Assembly: GCA_024641185.1 (NCBI GenBank)
Contig: JAHEDO010000365.1
Location: forward strand, 1 to 41,005
Reading direction: 5' to 3'
Source of the DNA: Burkholderiaceae bacterium
GTDB taxonomy: Bacteria > Pseudomonadota > Gammaproteobacteria > Burkholderiales > Burkholderiaceae_E
Length of the DNA: 41,005 nt
Shown here: positions 28,420-38,854 of the stretch, piece after piece
Numbering within the stretch: position 1 is the stretch's first letter
Layout: each line of letters begins with the position of its first letter
Position numbers and translations under genes: made by a program
The notes under the pieces: model-generated
Database searches by the model: none
The model's input: the letters and a program-made list of their open reading frames with translations, nothing else
What the model was told of the DNA's origin: nothing

Positions 28420-31014
28420 TCACGAGTCCGCCGCTTCGGGCTCGGCGCCCGCCTCTTCTTCGGTATCGGACTCGACCACGCGCTGCACCCCGGTGAGGGT
28501 CGTCCCCTCGTCCACCGAGATCAGGGTCACGCCTTGCGTCGCGCGGCCCATCTCGCGGATCTCCGAAACCCGCGTGCGCACCATCACCCCGCCGGTCGTG
28601 ATCAGCATGAGCTCGTCACGCTCCTCGACCAGCACGGCGGCGACGACCTTGCCGTTGCGCTCGGTGGTGTGGATCGCGATCATGCCCTTGGTGCCCCGGC
28701 CGTGGCGGGTGTACTCGGCGATCGGCGTACGCTTTCCGAAGCCGTTCTCGGTGGCGGTCAGCACCGACTGGCCCTCGTTCTCGGCGACGAGCATCGCGAT
28801 GACATTCTGGCCGTCCTCCAGGTACATGCCGCGCACGCCGCGCGCCCCGCGTCCCATCGGCCGCACGTCGTTCTCGTCGAAGCGCACCGCCTTGCCGGCG
28901 TCGGAGAACAGCATCACGTCGTTCCCGCCGTCCGTCACTGCAGCACCGATCAGGTAGTCGCCTTCGTCGAGGTCGACAGCGATGATTCCGGCCTTGCGCG
29001 GATTTGAGAAGTCGGTGAGCGGCGTCTTCTTGACCGTCCCGAGCGCGGTCGACATGAACACGTAGCGGTCCTCATCGAACGACTTGACCGGCAGCACGAC
29101 CGTGATCTTCTCGTTGTCCGCGAGCGGGAACAGGTTGACGATGGGCTTGCCGCGCGAGTTGCGGGTCCCCTGCGGCACCTCCCAGACCTTCAGCCAGTAG
29201 ACCCTCCCGCGATCCGAGAAGCACAGGATGAAGTCGTGGGTGTTCGCGATGAACAGCTGGTCGATCCAGTCTTCGTCCTTGGTCGCCGCCGCCTGCCGCC
29301 CGCGGCCGCCGCGCTTCTGCGCCCGGTATTCGGAGAGCGGCTGGCTCTTCACGTAGCCGGAGTGCGACAGCGTGACCACCATGTCTGTGGGGGTGATCAG
29401 GTCCTCGGTGTCCAGCTCGGTCGCGTTCATTTCGATCACCGAGCGGCGCGCGTCGGCCTTGCTCTCGGCGAACTCGGCGCGGATCGCCGCGAGCTCGTCG
29501 CGAATGATCACCGTGATGCGTTCCGGACGCGCGAGCACGTCGAGCAGGTCGGTGATCTGCTCGATCACCTCGCGGTACTCCTGGACGATCTTGTCCTGCT
29601 CCAGCCCCGTCAGGCGCTGCAGGCGCATCTGCAGGATCTCCTGCGCCTGGACGTCCGACAGTCGGTAGATGGCGTCGTGCAGCCCCCAGGACGGATCGAG
29701 CCCTTCCGGCTTGTAGGCGCTCAGATCCGACCCCGCGCGCGCGAGCATCTCGCCGGCGACGCCGGCGGCCCATTCCCGCGCCATCAACCGCTCCTTGGCC
29801 ACAGGCGGCGTGGGCGAGGCCTTGATCAGCTCGATCATCTCGTCGACGTTGGCGATCGCCACCGCCAGGCCTTCGAGCACGTGGCCGCGGTCTCGCGCCT
29901 TGCGCAGTTCGAACACGGCGCGCCGCGTCACCACCTCGCGCCGGTGCGAGAGGAAGTACTCCAGCATCTGCTTCAGATTCAGCAGGCGGGGCTGGCCGTC
30001 CACCAGCGCGACCATGTTGATGCCGAACGTGTCCTGCAGCTGCGTGTGCTTGTACAGGTTGTTCAGGACGATCTCGGGTACTTCGCCGCGCTTGAGCTCG
30101 ATGACCACCCGCATGCCGGACTTGTCGGACTCGTCGCGGATGTCGGAGATGCCCTCTACCTTCTTCTCGTTGACCAGTTCGGCGATGCGCTCGAGCAGCA
30201 CCCGCTTGTTCACCTGGTAGGGCAGTTCGTCGACGATGATCGCGCTGCGGTTGCCCTTTTCCATCTCCTCGAAATGCGTCGTCGCGCGCATCATCACGCG
30301 CCCCCGGCCGGTCCGGTACCCCTCCCGGACGCCAGCCACGCCGTAGATGATGCCGGCGGTGGGGAAGTCGGGCGCGGGCACCAGTTCGATCAGCTCGTCG
30401 ATCGATGCCTCCGGACTGCGCAGCAGCAGCTGGCAGGCGTCGATGATCTCGCCGAGATTGTGCGGCGGGATGTTCGTGGCCATGCCGACCGCGATGCCGG
30501 CCGAGCCGTTGATCAGCAGGTTCGGCAGGCGCGCGGGGAGCACGGTAGGCTCCCGCTCCTTGCCGTCGTAGTTCGCCTGGAAATCGACGGTTTCCTTGTC
30601 GATGTCGGCGAGCATCTCGGCGGCGATCTTCTCGAGCCGGCACTCGGTGTAGCGCATCGCCGCCGGGTTGTCGCCGTCGATGGAGCCGAAGTTGCCCTGT
30701 CCGTCGACCAGCGGATAGCGCAGCGAGAAATCCTGCGCCATGCGCACCAGCGTGTCGTAGATCGCGCTGTCGCCGTGCGGGTGGTACTTACCCATCACCT
30801 CGCCGACCACGCGCGCGCATTTCACATACGAGCGGTTCCAGACGTTGTTCGACTCGTGCATCGCGAACAGCACGCGCCGGTGCACCGGTTTGAGTCCGTC
30901 GCGCACGTCGGGGAGGGCGCGGCCGACGATCACGCTCATCGCGTAGTCGAGGTACGAGCGCCGCATCTCCTCTTCGAGGCTGATCGGCAGGGTCTCTTTT
31001 GCGAACTGATCCAT
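28420..31014 (-). CDS. gyrA: DNA gyrase subunit A
   Basis: [11 protein letters not shown] (QRDR), AAMRYTE (catalytic Tyr), GyrA-box variant QKRGGRG, C-terminal beta-pinwheel repeats. Confidence 0.99.
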   Translation of the reverse strand: MDQFAKETLPISLEEEMRRSYLDYAMSVIVGRALPDVRDGLKPVHRRVLFAMHESNNVWNRSYVKCARVVGEVMGKYHPHGDSAIYDTLVRMAQDFSLRYPLVDGQGNFGSIDGDNPAAMRYTECRLEKIAAEMLADIDKETVDFQANYDGKEREPTVLPARLPNLLINGSAGIAVGMATNIPPHNLGEIIDACQLLLRSPEASIDELIELVPAPDFPTAGIIYGVAGVREGYRTGRGRVMMRATTHFEEMEKGNRSAIIVDELPYQVNKRVLLERIAELVNEKKVEGISDIRDESDKSGMRVVIELKRGEVPEIVLNNLYKHTQLQDTFGINMVALVDGQPRLLNLKQMLEYFLSHRREVVTRRAVFELRKARDRGHVLEGLAVAIANVDEMIELIKASPTPPVAKERLMAREWAAGVAGEMLARAGSDLSAYKPEGLDPSWGLHDAIYRLSDVQAQEILQMRLQRLTGLEQDKIVQEYREVIEQITDLLDVLARPERITVIIRDELAAIRAEFAESKADARRSVIEMNATELDTEDLITPTDMVVTLSHSGYVKSQPLSEYRAQKRGGRGRQAAATKDEDWIDQLFIANTHDFILCFSDRGRVYWLKVWEVPQGTRNSRGKPIVNLFPLADNEKITVVLPVKSFDEDRYVFMSTALGTVKKTPLTDFSNPRKAGIIAVDLDEGDYLIGAAVTDGGNDVMLFSDAGKAVRFDENDVRPMGRGARGVRGMYLEDGQNVIAMLVAENEGQSVLTATENGFGKRTPIAEYTRHGRGTKGMIAIHTTERNGKVVAAVLVEERDELMLITTGGVMVRTRVSEIREMGRATQGVTLISVDEGTTLTGVQRVVESDTEEEAGAEPEAADS

Positions 31015-31108
31015 TCCGGGAGGCGGTGACGTGTACGGCGGTGAAGGGGCAGGCGCGACGTGCGTCGCCTGCGAATTTGCGCTCAGCCGGATTCGGCAAA
31101 AGCCATCG

Positions 31109-31117
31109 ATTTTAACA
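31109..31117 (-). promoter_or_regulatory. Extended -10 (TGTTAAAAT) of gyrA
   Basis: TGn-TAAAAT in an AT-rich patch about 95 nt upstream of the ATG. Confidence 0.55.
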
Positions 31118-31262
31118 TGCGCCCCTCGTCGAAAGCCGCGGACCTGACCCGCCGCGGACTCGCTCCCACGGGCCGCGCAGACCGCGGCCCGGCGCGGCGC
31201 GCCCCCGGACGACGCCCGGGCCCGCCGGGACAGGATCGCGACGCTATGGTTAACTTCACGCC

Positions 31263-32594
31263 ATGCAGCTGATACTCCCCGAGTGGGTCGCCCCGGTGGC
31301 GCCGGGCCCCGAAGTGCTCTCCGGTCACGCGATCGTGGTCGACGGCGAGCGCATCCTTGCGCTGCTCCCCGCCGGGCAGGCCCTGGCCCGATACCCCGAC
31401 GCGCAGCGCCTGGACCTGCCAGGGCATCTCGTCGTACCGGGCCTGGTGAACCTGCACACCCATGCGGCGATGACGCTGCTGCGGGGCGTCGGCGACGATC
31501 TGCCTTTGCAGGTCTGGCTCGAACAGCGCATCTGGCCGCTGGAGGGGCGGCTGATGTCGCCGGAGTTCGTCTTCGACGGCAGCCTGCTGGCCTGCGCCGA
31601 GATGCTGATGGGTGGAATCACCTGCTTCAACGACATGTATTTCTTCCCGGAGCAGGTCGCCGCAGCGGCCGCCGTTCTCGGGATGCGCGCCTCACTGGGC
31701 ATCATCGTGCTGGAGTTCGCCTCCGCGTACGGGTCGGGCGCCGCCGAGTACATCCGCAAGGGCCTCGAACTGCGAGACCGGCTCCGCGACGAGCCGCTGG
31801 TGAGCTTCTGTCTGGCACCCCATGCCCCCTACACGGTGTCGGACGACAGCTTCGATCGTGTGGTCAGGCTGACCGGCGAACTGGGGCTGCCGGTCCACTG
31901 TCATCTGCACGAGACGGCGCAGGAGATCGCGCAGAGCCAGGCCGACAACGGCCAGCGGCCGCTGGCCCGGCTCGCCCGGCTCGGGCTCCTGGGGCCGGAA
32001 CTGATCGCAGTCCATGCGGTGCACGTGGACGAAACCGACCTTCGGCTGCTCGCCGATCACGGTGCGTCGGTGGCGCACTGCCCCCATTCGAACCTGAAAC
32101 TCGGCAGCGGCGTGGCGCCGGTGGCGAGGATGCACGAACTCGGGATCAACGTCGGCATCGGCACGGACGGGGCCGCCAGCAACAATCGGCTCGACCTGCT
32201 CGGCGAGGCGCGCACCGCGGCACTGCTGGCCAAAGGAACCACCGGCGACGCCGCGACCTGGTCGGCGCACCGGACCCTGCAGGCGATGACGCTGGACGGC
32301 GCCCGTGCGCTCGGCCTCGCCGATCGGATCGGATCGATCGAACCGGGCAAGCAGGCGGACCTGGTGGCGATCGGACTGGACGCCCTGGAGACCTCCCCTC
32401 TATTCGACCCGGTCTCGCACCTGATCTACGCCGCGGGGCGCGAACATGTGCAGGAGGTCTGGATTTCGGGACGCCACGTTGTGAGAAAGCGACAACTGTC
32501 AGATACCGCAGCGGCCGCGCGTGTCAGTCAGGTGGTGAGTCGATGTAGGCTGTGGCACAATCGTGTTAGCGAGGTTCTGCCGGTCGGCATGTAG
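31263..32594 (+). CDS. TRZ/ATZ-family amidohydrolase (MTA/SAH deaminase-like)
   Basis: PGLVNLHTH (HxH), [28 protein letters not shown] and GKQAD motifs. Confidence 0.9.
   Translation: MQLILPEWVAPVAPGPEVLSGHAIVVDGERILALLPAGQALARYPDAQRLDLPGHLVVPGLVNLHTHAAMTLLRGVGDDLPLQVWLEQRIWPLEGRLMSPEFVFDGSLLACAEMLMGGITCFNDMYFFPEQVAAAAAVLGMRASLGIIVLEFASAYGSGAAEYIRKGLELRDRLRDEPLVSFCLAPHAPYTVSDDSFDRVVRLTGELGLPVHCHLHETAQEIAQSQADNGQRPLARLARLGLLGPELIAVHAVHVDETDLRLLADHGASVAHCPHSNLKLGSGVAPVARMHELGINVGIGTDGAASNNRLDLLGEARTAALLAKGTTGDAATWSAHRTLQAMTLDGARALGLADRIGSIEPGKQADLVAIGLDALETSPLFDPVSHLIYAAGREHVQEVWISGRHVVRKRQLSDTAAAARVSQVVSRCRLWHNRVSEVLPVGM
32478..32561 (+). promoter_or_regulatory. Probable ompA promoter region embedded in the amidohydrolase 3' end
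   Basis: Inverted repeat GTTGT-N9-ACAAC (32478-32496) and extended -10 TGGCACAAT (32553-32561) among a run of rare codons. Confidence 0.5.
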
Positions 32595-32657
32595 CCCTGT
32601 GGGCTTTTCCGGCCAGGGTCGGCGTCGAATCTGGAAATAATTTACGTGAGGAGAAAC

Positions 32658-33368
32658 ATGAATAAGTCGGTCGTATTGTCTTCCCTGGTCGCCGCGTCGC
32701 TGTTCGCGGTGTCTGGTTTCGCCGCCGCCCAGAGCGCCGCCTCGATGGAGAACCCGTACGTCATCTCCCCCGACGGTTCGCTCGTGCACAGCGGAACCGG
32801 CCTGTGCGTGCGCACCGGCTATTGGTCGATCGCAGCGGCGCAGTCGTATAAGCGCGCCGGCCAGCAATTCCCGGTCGGCTGCGAGTGCGACAAGGATCTG
32901 CTGCCCAAGGCAGTCTGCGAGCCGCCGCCCCCGCCGCCGCCGAAGGCTATGCCCGCCCCGGCACCCGCTCCGGCGCCCGCCCCGGCTCCGAAGCCGGCTC
33001 CGAAGCCCACGAGCGAGAAGGTCACTTTCGCCGCCGACACGTTCTTCGACTTCGACAAGTCCGTGGTCAAGCCCGAGGGCAAGGCCAAGCTTGACGATCT
33101 CGTCGGCAAGCTCAAAGGCATCACGCTCGAGGTGATCATCGCGGTCGGCCACACCGACTGGGTCGGCTCAGACGCCTACAACCAGAAACTGTCCGTGCGC
33201 CGCGCCGAAGCGGTCAAGGCCTACCTGGTGAGCAAAGGCATCGAGGCCAACCGGATCTACACCGAAGGCAAGGGTGAGAAGCAGCCGGTCGCCGACAACC
33301 GCACCGCCGCGGGCCGCGCGAAGAACCGTCGCGTGGAGATCGAGGTGGTCGGTACGCGCACCCGCTGA
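32658..33368 (+). CDS. ompA: OmpA family protein (signal peptide, Cys-containing N-domain, Pro/Ala linker, peptidoglycan-binding C-domain)
   Basis: GAGGAG RBS; PAPAPAPAP linker; FDFDKS, GHTD, NQKLSVRRA and NRRVEIE motifs. Confidence 0.93.
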   Translation: MNKSVVLSSLVAASLFAVSGFAAAQSAASMENPYVISPDGSLVHSGTGLCVRTGYWSIAAAQSYKRAGQQFPVGCECDKDLLPKAVCEPPPPPPPKAMPAPAPAPAPAPAPKPAPKPTSEKVTFAADTFFDFDKSVVKPEGKAKLDDLVGKLKGITLEVIIAVGHTDWVGSDAYNQKLSVRRAEAVKAYLVSKGIEANRIYTEGKGEKQPVADNRTAAGRAKNRRVEIEVVGTRTR

Positions 33369-33410
33369 TCGCGCTGTCCGGTCTACGCCCCGCTGTCGCG
33401 GGGCGGTTTG

Positions 33411-33441
33411 AAAGCCCCGCCCTGTGCGGGGCTTTTTCTTT
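33411..33441 (+). terminator. Intrinsic terminator after ompA
   Basis: AAAGCCCCGC-CCTGT-GCGGGGCTTT followed by TTCTTT. Confidence 0.85.
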
Positions 33442-33514
33442 GGGCGCGCACGGCACGCCCTGCCGGCGAACGCGCGAAGAGGCCGGTTGATTCGGCCACA
33501 GCGCCGCAGCAGAC

Positions 33515-33520
33515 TAGAAT
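33515..33520 (+). promoter_or_regulatory. Candidate -10 box (TAGAAT) for ubiG
   Basis: Lies between the ompA terminator and the ubiG ATG, 25 nt upstream of the ATG. Confidence 0.45.
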
Positions 33521-33545
33521 TGCGCTTTCGCGCCGATTGCCGACC

Positions 33546-34277
33546 ATGACCGAAACCACCGAACAGCACCGCGCAGCCGCCAACGTCGACCAGGCGGAAC
33601 TCGCCAAGTTCCAGGCGCTCGCTTCACGCTGGTGGGATCCGAACTCGGAATTCCGCCCGCTCCACGAGATCAACCCGTTGCGCCTGGCGTGGATCGACCG
33701 GCTTGCGCCGCTCGCGGGCAAGCGCGTCGTCGACGTGGGGTGTGGTGGCGGGATCCTGGCCGAGGCGATGGCGGGACTCGGCGCGCAGGTCACCGGCATC
33801 GACCTCGCGGAAAAGCCCTTGAGAGTGGCCGAGCTGCACGGACTCGAGAGCGGCGTGAAGGTTCGCTACGAGCGGATCTCCGCGGAGGACATCGCGGCCC
33901 GGGAACCCGGCGCATTCGACGTCGTCACCTGCATGGAGATGCTCGAGCATGTGCCCGACCCTGCATCCACGGTGCGAGCCTGCGCGAGACTCGTGCGGCC
34001 GGGCGGCACCGTGTTCTTCTCGACGATCAACCGGAACCCGAAGGCGTTCCTGCTGGCGATCGTGGGTGCCGAATACGTGCTGAACCTGCTGCCCAGGGGC
34101 ACCCACGCCTTCGAGAAATTCATCAAACCCTCGGAGCTGAACGGTTACGCCCGCTCGAACGGCCTCGAGCCGCTGCAGATGCAGGGCATGACCTACAACC
34201 CGCTGACCCGCCAGTTCCGCCTTTCGGAGCGCGACGTCAGCGTCAACTACCTGCTGGCGACCCGCAAGGCCGGCTGA
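33546..34277 (+). CDS. ubiG: Ubiquinone biosynthesis O-methyltransferase
   Basis: [40 protein letters not shown] and STINR motifs. Confidence 0.97.
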   Translation: MTETTEQHRAAANVDQAELAKFQALASRWWDPNSEFRPLHEINPLRLAWIDRLAPLAGKRVVDVGCGGGILAEAMAGLGAQVTGIDLAEKPLRVAELHGLESGVKVRYERISAEDIAAREPGAFDVVTCMEMLEHVPDPASTVRACARLVRPGGTVFFSTINRNPKAFLLAIVGAEYVLNLLPRGTHAFEKFIKPSELNGYARSNGLEPLQMQGMTYNPLTRQFRLSERDVSVNYLLATRKAG

Positions 34278-34300
34278 GCCGGGCTCGCCTCGGACGCACG

Positions 34301-34978
34301 ATGATGCTGGGCTTCGTTCCGCAGGCGGTCTTCTTCGACCTGGACGGCACGCTCGCCGACACCGCGGAGGATCTTGCGGCCCCGGTCAATGCGATGCGCG
34401 CGGAGCGCGGCCTGGAGCCGCTGCCGCTGGCCCAGCTGCGGCCGTACGCGTCGATGGGTGCGCGCGGACTGATCCTGCGCGGTCTTGGCGTGGAGCGCGA
34501 AGCTCCCGAGTTCGAAGCGCTTCGGCTCGATTTTCTGCAGCGCTATGAGCAGGCGATGTGCGTGAGAACCCGGCTCTTCGAGGGCATGGCGCAGGTTCTC
34601 GAGGCGCTGGACACCGCAGGCATGCGATGGGGCGTAGTGAGCAACAAGGTCGAGCGCTACGTCAGGCCGATCATGGAAAGCCTGGGCGTGCTGGAGCGCT
34701 CGGCCGCCGCGGTCGGCGGGGACACCACCGCGTTCGCGAAGCCGCATCCGCAGCCGTTGCTGCACGCGGCGAGGATCGCCTCGGTCGACCCGCGACGCTG
34801 CGTGTACATCGGTGACGATCTACGGGACGTGGAAGCCGGGCGAGCTGCTGGGATGGCGACCGTGGCCGCTGCCTACGGCTTCTGCGGCGACGCGAGTCCG
34901 CCTCACACCTGGGGTGCCGACGCGCTGATCGAGCGCCCGATCGAACTCATCTCGGTGCTGGCGCTGAACGCGGGCTGA
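34301..34978 (+). CDS. HAD-IA phosphatase (phosphoglycolate phosphatase / MupP-like)
   Basis: FDLDGTL, SNK, KPHP and GDDLRD motifs; usual ubiG neighbour. Confidence 0.9.
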   Translation: MMLGFVPQAVFFDLDGTLADTAEDLAAPVNAMRAERGLEPLPLAQLRPYASMGARGLILRGLGVEREAPEFEALRLDFLQRYEQAMCVRTRLFEGMAQVLEALDTAGMRWGVVSNKVERYVRPIMESLGVLERSAAAVGGDTTAFAKPHPQPLLHAARIASVDPRRCVYIGDDLRDVEAGRAAGMATVAAAYGFCGDASPPHTWGADALIERPIELISVLALNAG

Positions 34979-35061
34979 AGGCGCCGCCGGCCACGCGCTG
35001 GACGCGAGGTGGTCGTCGGCCGGCTGTCCGGCGGCTGCGCGACCCCTGGGAACATCCGCGC

Positions 35062-35080
35062 CGGGAAGTGCGGGAAGTGC
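35062..35080. repeat. 9-bp tandem duplication CGGGAAGTG x2 next to a stop codon
   Basis: CGGGAAGTG CGGGAAGTG C directly after the stop of the minus-strand lipoprotein gene. Confidence 0.55.
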
Positions 35081-35081
35081 A

Positions 35082-35828
35082 TCAGCCCTTTGCGGCAGTC
35101 CCCTGCGCCTCGCTCTCGACCCACGCGGTCAACTGGTCCAACAATGCGGCAAGTGCGCCGTTGAAGCCGTCGACCGCAGCGCCCGCGGACTCGCGCGCCA
35201 CCGGCACGGTCTGCTCGAACGCGCGCCGCGCGAGAAGCTTGCGACTGCGCCAGTGCACCAGCTCGGCGACCATGCCGACTCGCACGCTGCCGGGCGACGA
35301 CGAGACGTCGTGATAGAGATCCTCGAGCGTGAGGTTGAGCAGCAAGTCACCGCGCACGCCCGCCGTGCTCTGCGCCACCGCGGCAAAACGGCCGCGCGCG
35401 GCAAACCGGCGCTCGACCAGCACACCGATACGATTTGCCGGAGGTTCGGTCCAGCCGGCAAATTGATAGTGCGCGCGCGTACCCGGCGCCCGGCTGTAGG
35501 CGAGCATGCTGCTCTCATCGAAACTCGACGCGTGCACCGGCGCGATCAGCAGCACCTGCTCGATCGCCGGGCCTCGGTTCCGATCGCCGGCCTGTTGCGC
35601 TGCGCTCGCGCCCGCCGCGACGGCGGTCCTATCAGACGCTGCCGCGGCTTCGCCCCCGCTGTCCTCGAGCCGATATGAGGTTCGCGCCGGCGTGTCCCCC
35701 CCTCCGATCGACACGCAACCGGCGGCGAGGAGCACCGCCCCCAGCGGAATCCCGAGCGCCACCGCACGCCTGCGCCCGTCGATCCCGCCCGCCACGGCGC
35801 GGCTTCGCTGCGACAAGGCGCGGCTCAT
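35082..35828 (-). CDS. ABC-type transport auxiliary lipoprotein (PqiC-like)
   Basis: Lipobox LAAGC; Y..A.W.EPP motif; last gene of the MCE cassette, with an overlapping start/stop. Confidence 0.85.
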   Translation of the reverse strand: MSRALSQRSRAVAGGIDGRRRAVALGIPLGAVLLAAGCVSIGGGDTPARTSYRLEDSGGEAAAASDRTAVAAGASAAQQAGDRNRGPAIEQVLLIAPVHASSFDESSMLAYSRAPGTRAHYQFAGWTEPPANRIGVLVERRFAARGRFAAVAQSTAGVRGDLLLNLTLEDLYHDVSSSPGSVRVGMVAELVHWRSRKLLARRAFEQTVPVARESAGAAVDGFNGALAALLDQLTAWVESEAQGTAAKG

Positions 35829-36835
35829 TTGATCTGCTCCCCCGGCCCGAGCTGGCGTTCGCCCGGTCCAAGCAACGCCGCGCGCGGATCCTGCAGCCGG
35901 TCCAGAACCCGCGAGAGCTTCTCGACGCCGACCCGCAGTTCCTGCGCGGTGGCACGCACCTCCAGCACGCCGACGTCAGCCGCGTCCTCGGTGCGCCTGG
36001 CGAGCGCACCGACGTCGCGCTCCAGTGTCCGGGTGGCCGAGCCGAGGTCGCGCACGGTGCTCTGCACCTCGCGGATCATGGACCGCGCGTCCTGCAGCGT
36101 CGCGTCGGCCTGCTGCGCCAACGGCTCGACGCGGGAGCCGACACGCTCGGCCACGCCGGCAATTGACTCGCTGCTCTTGCGAAACGAGTTGGCCGCGCCG
36201 GTCAGCGCCTGAGCGGTTTCACCCAGCGAGTTCGCGGTCCGGTCGAGCGTGTCAAGACGCTGGTTCAGGCCGACGGCGAGATCCCGAACACCGACCAGCA
36301 CTTCGGTGAAGGCCTTGCGGTTGTCGTCGTCGAGCAGGCTGTCCAGCTTCTTGAGCGACGCTTCCGCGGTGATGACCAGGCTGTTGGCCGTGCGCGCGAT
36401 CTGTTCGAAGTCCGAAGTGCCCTCGCCGATCACCGGATAGCTCTCACCGTCCGGAACCTCCTCGAGTTCCGGCCCGGGTGGGCTGGGCGTTTCCAGGTTG
36501 ATCCTCGCGATGCCGGTCACCAGATTGCGCGCCACGACCGCGAGCGTGTTCGTGCTGACCGGAGTGCTGCGGGCGACGCGGATCTCGACGTTTACCCGGT
36601 TGATGTTCTTCCGATCGATCGAGAACGTCTCGACGCGCCCCACCTTGATTCCCTGCATGTTCACGTCGCCGCCCACCTGCAGGCCCTCCAGCGACTGGCG
36701 CTGGAAGTGGATCGTGTAATAACGGAAATCCGACGCGACGCCGGAGCGCGACAACCATACGGACGCGAACGCGGCGGCGACGATCAACGAGACCAGCACC
36801 GCACCGACCAGCGTATAGCGGGATTCAGGCTCCAT
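35825..36835 (-). CDS. MCE/MlaD family protein with long helical C-terminal region
   Basis: MEPESRYTLVG TM segment, GLQVGGDV..QGIKVGRV MCE motif, heptad-rich tail, DPRAALLG; AAGGAG RBS. Confidence 0.9.
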   Translation of the reverse strand: MEPESRYTLVGAVLVSLIVAAAFASVWLSRSGVASDFRYYTIHFQRQSLEGLQVGGDVNMQGIKVGRVETFSIDRKNINRVNVEIRVARSTPVSTNTLAVVARNLVTGIARINLETPSPPGPELEEVPDGESYPVIGEGTSDFEQIARTANSLVITAEASLKKLDSLLDDDNRKAFTEVLVGVRDLAVGLNQRLDTLDRTANSLGETAQALTGAANSFRKSSESIAGVAERVGSRVEPLAQQADATLQDARSMIREVQSTVRDLGSATRTLERDVGALARRTEDAADVGVLEVRATAQELRVGVEKLSRVLDRLQDPRAALLGPGERQLGPGEQIK

Positions 36836-37652
36836 GCCGCCCTCCTTCGCGTTGCCCGCCATCCGTCTTCACTGCCGCATCCTTGTGCCCGAGCATCGAC
36901 CTTACCGAGAAATACGCCCTGATCCACGGATCGTCCACCGCCGTGACGTCGTCGATGCTTCCATCCGCGACCACCTTGCCGTTTCCGAGCACGATGATGC
37001 GCTCGGCGATCGTCAGCAGGGTATCGAGGTCGTGGGTGACGATCAAGACCGTAATTCCGAGGTCCCGGCACAGGAACTGCAGGAGATGGTCGAAAGCGCG
37101 CGCCGTGATCGGGTCCAGCCCGGAGGTCGGTTCGTCCAGGAACAGCACTTCCGGCTCGAGCGCCAGCGCGCGCGCGATCGCGGCGCGCTTTCGCATTCCG
37201 CCGGACAGTTCGCTGGGCATCTTGCCTCCGACGTCGGGGGACAGGCCTGCGAGCGAAAGACGCAGATCGACCAGGGGTTGGAGCAGGTCCGCAGGCACTC
37301 GCGCGTGCTCGCGGATCGGCGTGGCCACGTTGGCCGCGACATCGAGCGACGAAAACATCGCGCCGTCCTGGAACATCATGCCGAACCTGCGCCGCATCGC
37401 CGTCAGTTCCTCGTCGGTGCTGCCCCAGACATCGGTTCCGAGCAGCTGCACCCGACCCGCGCTCGGGCGATGCAGCCCGATCATCTCGCGCAGGAGCACC
37501 GACTTTCCGGTGCCGCTGCCCCCGATCAGCGCGACGAGTTCGCCTCGACCGATGCTGAAGCTCACACCGTCGTGCACCACCTGGGTGCCGAAACGCGTCA
37601 CGATGCCGTCGACCTCGATCACCGGTTCAGCGCGCGTCTGCGCGGCGCTCAC
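36825..37652 (-). CDS. MlaF-like ABC transporter ATP-binding protein (GTG start inferred)
   Basis: GGSGTGKS, LSGGMRKR, FLDEPTSGLDP and VTHD motifs. Confidence 0.92.
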   Translation of the reverse strand: MSAAQTRAEPVIEVDGIVTRFGTQVVHDGVSFSIGRGELVALIGGSGTGKSVLLREMIGLHRPSAGRVQLLGTDVWGSTDEELTAMRRRFGMMFQDGAMFSSLDVAANVATPIREHARVPADLLQPLVDLRLSLAGLSPDVGGKMPSELSGGMRKRAAIARALALEPEVLFLDEPTSGLDPITARAFDHLLQFLCRDLGITVLIVTHDLDTLLTIAERIIVLGNGKVVADGSIDDVTAVDDPWIRAYFSVRSMLGHKDAAVKTDGGQREGGRHGA

Positions 37653-38797
37653 AGATCGAGCTCCTGAAGCAATATCGCGATGAAGGCGTCGAGCAGGATC
37701 ACGACGACGATGCTCTGCACGACGGTCGACGTCGTGTTGATGCCGATCGACCGGGTATCGCGACTCACCGTCAGGCCCATCGAGCAGCCGATCACCGCGA
37801 CGAACAGCGCGAACACCGGCGCCTTGGCCAGGCCGATCAGGTAGTGGCGCGCCGCGAGCGCGTCCTGCACCCGATCGACGAAGGTCGACGGCGTGATGTC
37901 GAGCATCAATGCGCAGACCATCGCGGCGCCCGCCAGGCCCAGCACATCGCCCACGAACACGAGCAGCGGCAGCGCGATGCAAAGCGCGAGGACCCGCGGC
38001 ACGATCAACACCTGATCGGCAGGCAGTCCGAGTGTGCGGATCGCGTCGATCTCCTCGGTGAGCTTCATCGTACCGAGCTGGGCGGTGAACGCGGCGCCGG
38101 AGCGGCCCGCGACGATCGTCGCCACCAGCAGCGGCGAGAACTCCCGCACCATGCCCAGCGATACACCGTCGACGACGAAGATGTTGGCACCGTACTGCGC
38201 GGCCTGCAGCCCCAGCAGGTAGGCGACGACCACCCCGATCAGGAACATCACCAGGGCGACCACCGGGATCGCTGTCATGCAGGTCTGACCGAGCTGCGCG
38301 AACAGTTCGCGCTGGCGCAGCGAACGTGGCGAAACGACCAGCCGGCCCAGCGCGGCCATGGTGAGCCCGAGGAACCCGAGGTGCGTGATGACGAGGTCGC
38401 TCATCTCGACCGCCGCCGCGCCGATGGCGGCGAACACGCCGCGACGCCGGACCGGTTTGCGCGCGCCGGGAGGCTCCATCCGCTCGCGCACCAGTTCGAC
38501 GATGCGACGGTGCCGATCGTCGAACCCGCTGAGCGACAACGAGTCCAGCTCCGCGCCGGCGCTCGCCAGGCGATTCAGCAGGAGCAGCGCCGCGGCGGTG
38601 TCGATCGACGTCAGCGCGGAGCCGTCGACATCGACGCCACGTTGCCCGAGCGGCGGCAGCGCCATCCCGGCCAGCGCATCGGAGAGACGCGAAAGCTCGG
38701 CGAGGCGCCAGTCACCGGCGATGTGAAGTTTCGCCGACGTGGTGCCGAGTTCGACGCGACAGGCTTGAACGGCAGGCTCCAATATGTCGGTGTGCAA
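37649..38797 (-). CDS. MlaE-family ABC permease with N-terminal STAS-like domain (start uncertain)
   Basis: IDTAAA STAS-like motif; REFSPLL..AGRSGAAFTAQLGTMK..EEIDA; TTSTVVQSI. Confidence 0.92.
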   Translation of the reverse strand: MHTDILEPAVQACRVELGTTSAKLHIAGDWRLAELSRLSDALAGMALPPLGQRGVDVDGSALTSIDTAAALLLLNRLASAGAELDSLSLSGFDDRHRRIVELVRERMEPPGARKPVRRRGVFAAIGAAAVEMSDLVITHLGFLGLTMAALGRLVVSPRSLRQRELFAQLGQTCMTAIPVVALVMFLIGVVVAYLLGLQAAQYGANIFVVDGVSLGMVREFSPLLVATIVAGRSGAAFTAQLGTMKLTEEIDAIRTLGLPADQVLIVPRVLALCIALPLLVFVGDVLGLAGAAMVCALMLDITPSTFVDRVQDALAARHYLIGLAKAPVFALFVAVIGCSMGLTVSRDTRSIGINTTSTVVQSIVVVILLDAFIAILLQELDL

Positions 38798-38854
38798 GGG
38801 GGTGGCGGACAGGACCGATACTATCGAAAGTCCTGGGCGCCGCGTGCCGCTCGA

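Noticed and set aside
30750-30790. Quinolone-resistance substitution in the GyrA QRDR
   Set aside because: HGDSAIYD retains the Ser83 and Asp87 equivalents (wild type).
31263-32594. Atrazine/triazine-degrading enzyme
   Set aside because: The family name alone does not support this; the housekeeping context and motifs fit an MTA/SAH deaminase-like enzyme.
32925-33010. Repetitive CCG/GCN tract
   Set aside because: It encodes the ordinary Pro/Ala linker of OmpA.
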